Assembly: GCA_963666365.2 (NCBI GenBank)
Contig: CAXXNF010000002.1
Span: 224,001-288,000, forward strand
Direction: 5' to 3'
Origin: Syntrophales bacterium
Lineage (GTDB): Bacteria > Desulfobacterota > Syntrophia > Syntrophales > UBA2210
DNA: 64,000 nucleotides
The notes beneath the pieces were generated by a model. The model was not told the origin of the DNA and did no database searches. It saw only the letters and a program-made list of their open reading frames with translations. The position numbers were made by a program, and so were the translations under genes. Positions 1-9,105 of the stretch are shown here, piece by piece (the stretch's first letter is position 1; every line of letters starts with the position of its first letter).

Positions 1-164
1 ATCACCCTCTTCACAGGGGACTTCGACATTGATAACATGCCGCGGTGTCCAATGACTCATTCTTCCGCGTTGATGTGAAAATGAACAGTACATGCATTTC
101 CACCGAAGCGGTTTTCCTGATGTGGTGGTGGAAGCGCACTGCTGCATAAGGGGTGTCAATTACA

Positions 165-1037
165 ATGCATGCGATCCAGAGTGTCCTTGTGTACGCCGTG
201 GTGCTTGGCTCGTTATATCTTCTCATATCACTCGGGTTTTCGTTGATATGTGGTGTCCTCGGCATCTTTAACCTCGGCTATGGCGCAACCTTTCTGGTTG
301 CCGTGTACGGAATGTGGATGCTGATGGATACCTTCGGATTCGGCGTTATTCCGGCGATTGTCGGCGTGTGTGTGATTCAGTGCGTATTTACGCTTGCCGT
401 CATATATTACCCCATTGTAAAGCGGTACATGGAGAAAGAAGAGCTGCTTCTTACCTCCCTTCTGCTCGTGTCTTTGATCGTTGAAGAGACGGTCAATCAT
501 GCCTATCCCGTGACGGCCGGTGTCGACATTCCCACGACGATTCTTTCCGGGACCTGTGAGATCGGAGCGGTGAGCATCCCTTCACAGATGCTTGTCGTGG
601 TCATTTTTGCCGCACTCATTACCGCATTTTTCGTTGTGTTTCTGACCAGGACAAGGATCGGGTTTAAAATACGTGCGGTAAGCCAGGACCCGGAGGCGGC
701 CCGGCTCCTAGGTGTAAAGGTTGAAGTCGTCTACGCACTGGCCATGATTCTTTCGGTGCTTCCGCCCACGATTTGCATGCTGGTCATTGCACCCATCTGG
801 GCGATAGAACCCACTCTGGGCCACTCGTTGCTTCAGACGGCAATCCTCGTGACAATTTTAGGCGGTCTCGGCAATCTGCGGGGAACCGTAATGGCCAGCT
901 TTATCGTCGGTCTCATTGCCTCGTCCGTTGCATTCTTCACCAACCCCCGGCTTGTAGGGATGGCAATACTGATTATTGTGTTTTTCGTGCTTCTTTTTAA
1001 ACCGCAGGGAATAGCGAAAAGTGAGACATTATGGTGA
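165..1037 (+). CDS. livH: Branched-chain amino acid (HAAT) ABC transporter permease, LivH-like
   Basis: Hydrophobic ORF with LISLGFSLICGVLGIFNLGYG, G.KIRAVSQD.EAARLLGV and ILGGLGN motifs; ATG at 165 preferred over GTG at 153. Confidence 0.85.
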   Translation: MHAIQSVLVYAVVLGSLYLLISLGFSLICGVLGIFNLGYGATFLVAVYGMWMLMDTFGFGVIPAIVGVCVIQCVFTLAVIYYPIVKRYMEKEELLLTSLLLVSLIVEETVNHAYPVTAGVDIPTTILSGTCEIGAVSIPSQMLVVVIFAALITAFFVVFLTRTRIGFKIRAVSQDPEAARLLGVKVEVVYALAMILSVLPPTICMLVIAPIWAIEPTLGHSLLQTAILVTILGGLGNLRGTVMASFIVGLIASSVAFFTNPRLVGMAILIIVFFVLLFKPQGIAKSETLW

Positions 1038-2065
1038 GAATTGAACACAAGCGCGCCCTTCTGGTAGTAAGAATAGGCGATAAAAAGTTCGAGTGGCCCA
1101 TCGAACCCCGTTACTGGAGAAACCCGCTGCTCGGTATGGCTTGCATTGCCTTGCTGCCCCTCATCTTCAGCGGCCAGCCTGATCTTATCAGCCTTTTCGC
1201 CACGGCGAACATCTACGCCTGCATAGCCATTCCCCTGGCCTGGCAGATGACGGGGATCGGACGACTGAATTTCGGACCCCAGTTTTTCGTGGGAATCGGG
1301 GGCTATACGGCGGCTTTGATAAGTGTGCACTTTGGATGGGGGCCCTGGGAGACATTGCCGGTGGCCATAGTGGCGGGTCTTGTATTCGGTATTCTGCTAA
1401 GCCCCCTGACCACCATTGCCAAGGGGTTGTATTTTTCCCTCGTTACACTGATTCTTCCCCTGATATTTTTGGAAGTTACGTATTATTTCAGACTGTTTAA
1501 AGGAGAAACGGGACTCTACGGCATAGCCCCTCTCGTCACAGTCGAAAACATCAAGACTGAATATTTGATAACGGGATTTCTGTCGCTTTTCATGCTGATC
1601 CTGTTCCTTTTCATCGTTCATAAGGTGTTGACATCGAGAATCGGTCTCTTTGCCGCGGCCATCAATGATGACGAAGAGGTCGCGAATAATCTGGGACTGA
1701 ATATCAAAAGGTGGAAGATTATATGTTTTGTGGCGACCTCGGTCATGATATCCGTGACGGGATGGTTCGCAGCCCACTACTTCGGCACCTTTGCCGGCGT
1801 CACCTATCTTCAGCTTCCCTTCATGCTGAAGATTCTTCTCATGGTCATGATCGGCGGACGGGGAGACATCTATGGCGCCATCTACGGCGCATATTTCGTG
1901 GTAATACTTGAAAAACTGCTCACCGTGTTCGGGACCGTTCACTATATCCTCTTCCCCCTGATTCTGATGATTTTGTTGTTTACTCTACCAGAAGGTCTGT
2001 ATGGTATTTATCGACGGCACCGGTATCGCGAATATTATCCAACGATACGTGTCAGAAAAAGGTAG
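1031..2065 (+). CDS. livM: HAAT ABC transporter permease, LivM-like
   Basis: Multi-TM protein with G.LNFG..FFVGIGGY, KGLYFSLVTL, AINDDEEVA and VMIGGRG motifs; overlaps the livH stop. Confidence 0.85.
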   Translation: MVRIEHKRALLVVRIGDKKFEWPIEPRYWRNPLLGMACIALLPLIFSGQPDLISLFATANIYACIAIPLAWQMTGIGRLNFGPQFFVGIGGYTAALISVHFGWGPWETLPVAIVAGLVFGILLSPLTTIAKGLYFSLVTLILPLIFLEVTYYFRLFKGETGLYGIAPLVTVENIKTEYLITGFLSLFMLILFLFIVHKVLTSRIGLFAAAINDDEEVANNLGLNIKRWKIICFVATSVMISVTGWFAAHYFGTFAGVTYLQLPFMLKILLMVMIGGRGDIYGAIYGAYFVVILEKLLTVFGTVHYILFPLILMILLFTLPEGLYGIYRRHRYREYYPTIRVRKR

Positions 2066-2116
2066 GATGATATGCCGCTGTGTAGGTAACTGCCGAGTGA
2101 ACATAAGGACGAAGAA

Positions 2117-2848
2117 ATGCTTCTGCAATTAAAGGGAATTAGTAAACACTTCGGCGGTCTGATTGCCGTCAACGACGTCAGTTTTTCCATCGGCGAGGGA
2201 GAAGTAGTCGGTCTTATCGGACCGAACGGTGCGGGAAAAACAACACTCATGAATCTCATCTCCGGTTCTTTAAAACCCGATGCAGGCACAATCGGCTTTA
2301 ACGGACATACCATTTCAGGTGAGGAGCCTCACACAATATGCAGGCGGGGAATAAGCCGGACCTATCAGATCCCGAGACCTTTTCCGGACATGACGACGCT
2401 GCTGAATGTTTCCGTGGGGGTGTTCTGCGGTAAGAAACGACCGAATATGAGTCTCGGCGATGCGATGCTTGATGCCTCGCACTGCCTTGAATTTGTAGGA
2501 CTTTTCGGAAAACGCAATATGCTTGCCCGCGATCTCTCGCTCTTCGAGTTGCGGGCACTGGAACTGGCGCGGGCGCTTGCAACGACGCCCAGACTGATCC
2601 TGATCGATGAGGTGATGGCCGGTCTTAATCAAGCCGAGTCAAGGCGCGCCATCAGACTTATTCGAAAGGTCGTGGAAGAATATCATGTGACGATATTGTG
2701 GATTGAACATGTGATGAAGATTATCATGGAGGCCACCCAGCGAGTTGAAGTGCTCCATTATGGAGAAATTATCGCGTCGGGTACGCCGCACAAAGTGATC
2801 AGCGATCCTCTGGTCGTTGAGGCCTATCTGGGGGAAAAAATTGCTTAA
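2117..2848 (+). CDS. livG: HAAT ABC transporter ATP-binding protein, LivG-like
   Basis: KHFGGLIAVNDVSF, Walker A GPNGAGKTT, Walker B ILIDE, IEH switch, VVEAYLG end. Confidence 0.9.
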   Translation: MLLQLKGISKHFGGLIAVNDVSFSIGEGEVVGLIGPNGAGKTTLMNLISGSLKPDAGTIGFNGHTISGEEPHTICRRGISRTYQIPRPFPDMTTLLNVSVGVFCGKKRPNMSLGDAMLDASHCLEFVGLFGKRNMLARDLSLFELRALELARALATTPRLILIDEVMAGLNQAESRRAIRLIRKVVEEYHVTILWIEHVMKIIMEATQRVEVLHYGEIIASGTPHKVISDPLVVEAYLGEKIA

Positions 2849-3548
2849 AGCTGAAAAGGTCAATATTTCTTACGGCATAATCCAGGTAGTCTACGATGTG
2901 GATTTTTATGTGGAAGAAGGGGAGTGCGTTGCCTTGCTCGGTTCAAACGGCGCCGGCAAGACAACTATCCTCAATGCGATCTCCGGAGTCGTGCCGCTGA
3001 AATCAGGAAACGTCATTTTTCAGGGGCTCAGGTGTGAAACAAGCTCCCCTGCGGTCCGTTACGAATCAGGAATCGCCCAGGTTCCCGAAGGGGGAAAGAT
3101 TTTTCCCTTTATGACGGTGCGGGAGAATCTGGTCATGGGAGCCGCCTGCAGGAACGAAGCATGGAAAAAACGGGACGATACACTTGAGTGGATCTATAAG
3201 ATATTTCCAAAACTGAGGGACCGCTACAATCAGGAAGCGCGACTGCTCAGCGGCGGAGAGAGGCAGTTGCTGGTGGTCGGAAGAGGACTTATGGCACGGC
3301 CGAGGCTTCTCATGATCGATGAACCATCGCTTGGCCTGGCGCCGAAAGTATTGCTTGAAATCTACGAAACCCTGAAAGTGCTTCGTGACGAGGGGCTGAC
3401 GATTCTTCTGTCGGAACAGAATGTGACGCAGGCGCTCAAGCTCGCTTCTCGTGGATATGTGCTCGAAAACGGTGAGATCATTTTGAGCGGCGCCAGCAGC
3501 GAACTGCTGAACAGCGCCCATGTGAAACAGGCCTATCTGGGACTGTAA
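2841..3548 (+). CDS. livF: HAAT ABC transporter ATP-binding protein, LivF-like
   Basis: GSNGAGKTT, LSGGERQ, MIDEPSLGLAP, VKQAYLG; probable TTG start at 2841. Confidence 0.9.
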   Translation: MLKAEKVNISYGIIQVVYDVDFYVEEGECVALLGSNGAGKTTILNAISGVVPLKSGNVIFQGLRCETSSPAVRYESGIAQVPEGGKIFPFMTVRENLVMGAACRNEAWKKRDDTLEWIYKIFPKLRDRYNQEARLLSGGERQLLVVGRGLMARPRLLMIDEPSLGLAPKVLLEIYETLKVLRDEGLTILLSEQNVTQALKLASRGYVLENGEIILSGASSELLNSAHVKQAYLGL

Positions 3549-3619
3549 GAAGAAAGATTTTTTTAATTTTTGAATCCGAGGGGTACGTGTCTCCCCCGGC
3601 AGTAGTGAGGAGGATCTTT

Positions 3620-4975
3620 GTGACAGAGGATTATTTTTCATTTACGGACAGGCTGTTCGACGCATCGCAGATAGGCGGGAAACCGGAAGCGCTTAAAGGG
3701 ATACGGGTGCTTGACCTGTCCCGTGTCATTTTCGGCCCCATGGTGGCCAAATGGCTGTCGCTCTTCGGCGCCGAGGTGATTAAAATCGAGGAACCCGAGG
3801 AAGGGGACGACTGGAGAACAGGGACGTACTGGGGTAAGTTCTGGAAGGATTCCTGCCCCTATTTCCAGTCACTGAATCCGAATAAATATTTTGTGGCCAT
3901 TGACCTGAAAAGAAAGGAAGGAAAAGATCTCGTAAAGGAATTGGCAAAAAGCGCGGATGTCGTAATAGAAAACTACAGGGCGGGATTAATCGAGGCCTGG
4001 GGTCTCGGATATATGACACTGAGCGCAATCAACCCGAAGATCATATACATCAGTTGCAGCGGCTACGGACAATGGGGACCGTTGCGCTACTATCCGAGTT
4101 ATGATCTGATTGCGCAATCCATGTCGGGTGTTGCGAGAATGACCGGCTATTCCGAAGACACTACTTATAAACTGCCTGATTATTATGGGGATTTTTATCC
4201 GGCGATTCTCGGTGCCGTGGGGGTGCTGGCCGCGCTCAACCATCGTGAGGAAACCGGTCGCGGCCAGTATATCGATATGGCGCAAACGGAAGCATTGATG
4301 CGGGCCATGCATAACTGGACGTACACCAGTGTCACCGGTGACGACATCACGCAAACCGGGAATTTCGATCCCACGATGGCGCCTTCAGGCATCTTCAAAA
4401 CGAAAGACGATGCATTTGTGGCCATTGCCGTCGCCACTACGGAACAATTCGGCGCACTGGCGAAGGCAATGGATTCAAAAGAGCTCACACAGGATCCGCG
4501 GTTCTTCGAAACCCGGGAACGTCTCAAACCTGAAAATGCTGCTGCAATAAATCAGACATTGGGCTCTTGGGTCGGCACTCATTCGGAACAGGAGATCATT
4601 GAGAGTGCAAAGACAATGGGATTTCCGGCGGCGCCGGTCATGGACGACTGGAAGCTTGTCAGCGACAGCTGGAGAGAAGAGCGGGGAAGCGTCGTGGAAT
4701 TTGACGACGATATGTACGGCAAGGGGCGCTGGGCCGGTCCTCCCGTATCGCTGAGCAAGAGTCCCGGTCGGATCAAGCATTTAACGCGGCCCATTGGATA
4801 TCACAACAGATACGTGTTTAAAGAGATGCTCGGATTAACGGAAAAAAAGATCCGGGAACTGGAAAAAAGAAATATCATCGGATACTGGGACAACCGGGTA
4901 GGAAAACGACCGCCGCCCTACGTCGATATGGAAAAGGACGAACTTTTCAATTACAAAAAGGATGTAAAGGATTAG
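3620..4975 (+). CDS. Family III (CaiB/BaiF) CoA-transferase
   Basis: ALKGIRVLDLS, GAEVIKIE, ADVVIENYRAG, YDLIAQSMSG (catalytic Asp), GRGQYIDMA; GTG 3620 preceded by AGGAGGA. Confidence 0.9.
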   Translation: MTEDYFSFTDRLFDASQIGGKPEALKGIRVLDLSRVIFGPMVAKWLSLFGAEVIKIEEPEEGDDWRTGTYWGKFWKDSCPYFQSLNPNKYFVAIDLKRKEGKDLVKELAKSADVVIENYRAGLIEAWGLGYMTLSAINPKIIYISCSGYGQWGPLRYYPSYDLIAQSMSGVARMTGYSEDTTYKLPDYYGDFYPAILGAVGVLAALNHREETGRGQYIDMAQTEALMRAMHNWTYTSVTGDDITQTGNFDPTMAPSGIFKTKDDAFVAIAVATTEQFGALAKAMDSKELTQDPRFFETRERLKPENAAAINQTLGSWVGTHSEQEIIESAKTMGFPAAPVMDDWKLVSDSWREERGSVVEFDDDMYGKGRWAGPPVSLSKSPGRIKHLTRPIGYHNRYVFKEMLGLTEKKIRELEKRNIIGYWDNRVGKRPPPYVDMEKDELFNYKKDVKD

Positions 4976-4980
4976 AAGTC

Positions 4981-6330
4981 GTGAGCCAGAAACAGCAGGT
5001 ATTTTCAAAACATATGACCGATAAAAAGGTCCGGGAGCAGCTTGAGCGATTCAACGATCTTCTCGGAACGATGATGGAATCATCGGAAGATAAGCAGGGT
5101 GCACTTCATGGTCTCAGGGTGCTTGAGATAAGCTATGCAAGCTTTCCTGGACTTATATGCGGGGCCATGCTTGGTGAAATGGGGGCCGATGTAGTGAAAA
5201 TCGAACCACCCCAGGGAGATCCGGCGCGGGAAGCAACCTATAACGGGGAGTACATCAGGGATGTGGGGATTCCTTTTGTAATAGAAAACAGGAATAAACG
5301 AATGCTCACGGCCGATTTTAATGAGGATCGATATATCGAAAAGGTAAGGGAGCTTGCAACGAAGGCCGATATCATGATCGACGCAATGCCGCCGGGGTAT
5401 CTCGACGGCCGAGGGATGGGATACCGGCAGCTCGCCGGAATCAACACCGGTCTTGTCTACGCGGCGCTCTCTCCCTATGGCCACTATACTTCGAAGGCGC
5501 GGGCATATAAAAATATCCCCGATGCGGATCTTACGGCGCAGGCTGAATCGGGATATCCCGCACTGTCAGGAGATCCCGATGCGCAGGAACCGTATAATTA
5601 TCCGCTGCGCGCGGGCATATGGGCGGCTTCATATATGGGCGCGGCCATAGCGGTTGCGGGTATTTTGACAGCCCTCCTGCATCGGAGGAAGACCGGGGAA
5701 GGACAGATGGTGGATCTGGCGACCTATGATGCCATTGCAGCCTGGCAGGGGTTCTCGCATGTCTGGGGGTTTACCAATGAAACGCCCCGAACGCGGATCG
5801 GGAATTTTGACTGGTGCCTGTTCCCCTATGGCTATTACAAGGCAAAGGACGGTTATGTGACAATCGCCGCCGCATCCGATGCGGATTTCAGGGGCCTCTT
5901 AAAAATTCTCGGCCGTTGGGATCTTGAGGATGACTGGAGGTTCTTATTTGACAGAATTGCCGATGATCCCGAAAAACTGAGAGAACTGGAAGTGGAAATC
6001 AAAAAAGAAATCGCTAAATATACGAGAAAAGAGCTCTATGAAAAAACCTTTGCTTACGGAGCCAAGGCTGCACGGGATAAATTACGGTCACGAGGATTCC
6101 CGATCGTGGTGGAAACGCGTTCGCCCCGGGAAGCGGCGTCGGAGAAGCATTGGCAGATTCGAAAGAGTTTTATTGAAATAGATATTGAAGGTTTCGGTGC
6201 CATACGCATTGCCGAGCTGCCGCCCCGCATGTCAGAGTCTCCTTCGCATGCCAGGTGGATCAAGACGGGCATTGGTGAAGATAACGAGGAGTTGTTCGGG
6301 GAATCAAAATCAGATTTGACGGCTTCGTAA
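4981..6330 (+). CDS. Family III CoA-transferase, probable partner subunit of the upstream gene
   Basis: ALHGLRVLEIS, GADVVKIEPPQGDPAR, ADLTAQAESG, GEGQMVDLA; starts 5 nt after the previous stop. Confidence 0.88.
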   Translation: MSQKQQVFSKHMTDKKVREQLERFNDLLGTMMESSEDKQGALHGLRVLEISYASFPGLICGAMLGEMGADVVKIEPPQGDPAREATYNGEYIRDVGIPFVIENRNKRMLTADFNEDRYIEKVRELATKADIMIDAMPPGYLDGRGMGYRQLAGINTGLVYAALSPYGHYTSKARAYKNIPDADLTAQAESGYPALSGDPDAQEPYNYPLRAGIWAASYMGAAIAVAGILTALLHRRKTGEGQMVDLATYDAIAAWQGFSHVWGFTNETPRTRIGNFDWCLFPYGYYKAKDGYVTIAAASDADFRGLLKILGRWDLEDDWRFLFDRIADDPEKLRELEVEIKKEIAKYTRKELYEKTFAYGAKAARDKLRSRGFPIVVETRSPREAASEKHWQIRKSFIEIDIEGFGAIRIAELPPRMSESPSHARWIKTGIGEDNEELFGESKSDLTAS

Positions 6331-6516
6331 AACGCTTACCATGCCGACGGTTCGGCAGTATAATGGAACGCACATGATGCCGGTATCACTGTTTCTCGGC
6401 CCTATGCTTTCTCAAGTGGCGCCCGGCTCAGGTCGGTGTTTCGACCATGCAGCGTCTCGCGAAGCGGTCCCGGAGAACTCGCGCTACGCGCTCGAACCGC
6501 GTATCCGAAAAAAAGA

Positions 6517-6600
6517 TTTTCGCGCAGAGGCGCAGGGGCGCTGAGGACAAGGGGAAATAAAAAATTTTTTCTCTGCCTCTTGGCGTCTTGCGGGAGAAAA
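6517..6600. repeat. Imperfect palindromic (REP-like) element between convergent genes
   Basis: Arms ttttcgcgcagaggcgcaggggcgctgag and ctctgcctcttggcgtcttgcgggagaaaa can pair, with G-U pairs and mismatches, around an A/T-rich loop. Confidence 0.5.
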
Positions 6601-6700
6601 AGAATCAGTTATTGAGAAGTTCCTCATGCCCCCGCATCAGAACCCGCATGAGCGGTGCATCATGTACTGAGGAGTCCAAATGCGCCGACTATTCAATATG

Positions 6701-7915
6701 TTAAACCTGGGCATTAATCACGCCTTTTTCTCTCAATCGTGAGATTTCCTGAGGTGTATATTTGAGAATTTCCCGCAGGACCTCTTCGGAATGTTCTCCC
6801 AAAAGGGGTGCATGTGCGTAGACCTTGCCCGGCGTATCGGACAGATGAATCGGGGAGCCGGCAATTTTCATGGCGCCTATTCCCGGCTGATCTAGTTCCA
6901 CCAGCATTCTCCGGTATGAGATGTGCGGATCTTCACAGATCTCTTTCATGGTGTTGATTGGTGAATAGGGTATCCCCGCATTTTCAAACAGTTCGCACCA
7001 TTCCTTTGTTGTTCTTTTCCTCAGCTCAGCCGAGAGTATCGGGATGAGCGCTTCTCTATTGTTTGTCCTCAGTGGATTCGTGGTGAACCTGATATCTCCT
7101 GTCAGATCCTCTCTTTCAATCGTTCTGCAGAATGTGGCCCAGAGGGTGTCGTTTCCGATCGGTGTCACAATCCAGGAATCCTTTGTTGCGAAGCTCTGAA
7201 ACGGAGTGATTGAGGGATGGGCGCTTCCCAATGGACCCGGTATCGAGCCCTCGAGTGTGTAACGGACAGCGGCGTTTTCCAGAATCGAAAATAACCCGTC
7301 TATCATCGCGCCGTCGTAATGTTGCCCTCTGCCCGTTTTCCCGCGATTAAACAATGCAGCGAGAATACCGATGACGGCCTGGTGGCCGGCAATGATATCT
7401 CCGATGGATGTCCCGACTCTGCAGGGAGGACCTCCTTCAGGCCCCGTAATGCTCATAATGCCGCTGTATCCCTGGGCCACCATATCGTATGCCGGACGGC
7501 TTTCGTATCCGGGCAGGGTGTCATGACCGAACCCGCAAATGGATGCATAAATAATCCGGGGATTTAGCTTCTGGATGTCTTCCCAGTCGAATCCCAGCCG
7601 TTTCATTGTGGTTGGCCTGAAGTTTTCCACAATAATATCAGATACTATTATGAGGTCGCGCAGTACCTTTTTCCCCTCCGCACAGTGCAAATCGAGCACC
7701 ATGCTTTTTTTGTTGCGGTTAAGACTGATAAAGTATCCGCTCCGGTTTTTGTCCTGTTCCCCGGCAAAGGGGCCGAATTCCCGTGCATCATCTCCCTGTG
7801 GCGGTTCGATATGAATCACCTCGGCCCCAAGATCCGCGAGAAACATCGTACATAAGGGGGCGGCCAATACATGACTCAAGTCAACCACTCGTATGCCTTG
7901 CAAAGCTCCGGTCAT
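6701..7915 (-). CDS. Family III CoA-transferase (formyl-CoA transferase-like)
   Basis: GALQGIRVVDLS, LNRNKKS, IVENFRP, AYDMVAQGYSG, APLLGEHS; AGGAG RBS before ATG 7915. Confidence 0.92.
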   Translation of the reverse strand: MTGALQGIRVVDLSHVLAAPLCTMFLADLGAEVIHIEPPQGDDAREFGPFAGEQDKNRSGYFISLNRNKKSMVLDLHCAEGKKVLRDLIIVSDIIVENFRPTTMKRLGFDWEDIQKLNPRIIYASICGFGHDTLPGYESRPAYDMVAQGYSGIMSITGPEGGPPCRVGTSIGDIIAGHQAVIGILAALFNRGKTGRGQHYDGAMIDGLFSILENAAVRYTLEGSIPGPLGSAHPSITPFQSFATKDSWIVTPIGNDTLWATFCRTIEREDLTGDIRFTTNPLRTNNREALIPILSAELRKRTTKEWCELFENAGIPYSPINTMKEICEDPHISYRRMLVELDQPGIGAMKIAGSPIHLSDTPGKVYAHAPLLGEHSEEVLREILKYTPQEISRLREKGVINAQV

Positions 7916-8025
7916 AATTTCTCCTGTAGGCTGCATCTGTTCTTCTCACTTAAAAAATGCGCTCTTGTCAAATAGTATTCGCCGGCGGAGAAGGGTGAAA
8001 GGCGAGCATGTCTGTTATCAGACCA

Positions 8026-8868
8026 TCACGTATCCAAAAACTGCAACACTATTCTGTTGAATTCCTCCGGTCGTTCATACTGCGGCATGTGACCGCAGGA
8101 GTCCAGAATATGAAGTTGCGAGTGAGGGAGCATCTTCTTTGCGGTGTAGGCATGCCTCAGGGGCAAAACCCGGTCCTGCCTGCCCCAGATGATCAGCGTC
8201 GGCGCCGCAATTCGATGTATGTTGTTCAGTATAGGGGTGAGCAACTCTTTTTTGCCGCCTCTGAATGAAAGGATAGCGCGTATTGCCTTGAGCAATGACG
8301 TCTGGTTGCCCGGCAGGGAGTGCAATTCCCTATAGGTGTCTATGAACTCCTTTTTCAGCACTGAAGGGTCATGGACTGCATGCCTGAAATAGACATAGGC
8401 TTCAAATCGGCTGGGGCGGGTCATGAGTTCACCCACGAGGGGAAGGGATGCCGCCCGCAAGGACAACGAGGCATCGGCGCCGAAACCGGCGCTGTCAACA
8501 AGCACCAGTCTACTGACACTGTGGGGATAGAGCAACGCGTACTGAAGGGCGATGCCGCCGCCGAGGGAATTCCCGATCAAGGTGGGGTTCTCGATATGCA
8601 TCACTCTTATAAAACGGTTGAGAAAGGTTGGGAAGAGTGCTGCCGTATATTCCATGTCCGGCTTGTCCGTTTTTCCGAACCCCACCAGATCCAAGGCATA
8701 CACCCGGTGCGCCTGTGCCAGGGCATCGATTGCATACATCCAGATGTCCACCGAAGCGCCGAGACCATGGATCAGTACAACCGGCGATCCCATGGCCCCC
8801 TGCTGCCAGTAACGAGTGTGAATTGAGCCGACGGTAACATACTTGTCTTTATAGCGGGGTTGTGCCAT
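8026..8868 (-). CDS. Alpha/beta fold hydrolase
   Basis: LIHGLG, DLVGFG, GNSLGG nucleophile elbow, WGRQD, GHMPQ.ERPE. Confidence 0.9.
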   Translation of the reverse strand: MAQPRYKDKYVTVGSIHTRYWQQGAMGSPVVLIHGLGASVDIWMYAIDALAQAHRVYALDLVGFGKTDKPDMEYTAALFPTFLNRFIRVMHIENPTLIGNSLGGGIALQYALLYPHSVSRLVLVDSAGFGADASLSLRAASLPLVGELMTRPSRFEAYVYFRHAVHDPSVLKKEFIDTYRELHSLPGNQTSLLKAIRAILSFRGGKKELLTPILNNIHRIAAPTLIIWGRQDRVLPLRHAYTAKKMLPHSQLHILDSCGHMPQYERPEEFNRIVLQFLDT

Positions 8869-9105
8869 AGTTCCTCCCTGTGATAAAAATTACAGAGTAG
8901 ATGGATTTCCGAAATACAGTATGCTACACACATAACCGCAGCGAGCATCAGAAGTCAACGACGTCTTTGCAGCAAAAGGGTGATGCCGGTGTTCTGACGT
9001 CAAAATCAAATTTCTACCGGCACGTTGTTCCTGCATGAGGGAAGACAAAAACAGCTGTGATACTTGAAAATAATACAAAGGAGAATGATCAGAAAGGTCG
9101 TGATA

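Noticed and set aside
1..78. Possible 3' end of an upstream gene (frame 1, ITLFTGDFDIDNMPRCPMTHSSALM*)
   Set aside because: Too short to assign or to distinguish from chance.
6341..6544. 67-aa ORF in the convergent spacer
   Set aside because: No RBS or motif, and it runs through palindromic repeats.
9017..9036. Sigma54 promoter (cggcacgttgttcctgca)
   Set aside because: GG to GC spacing is 12 nt rather than the required 10.
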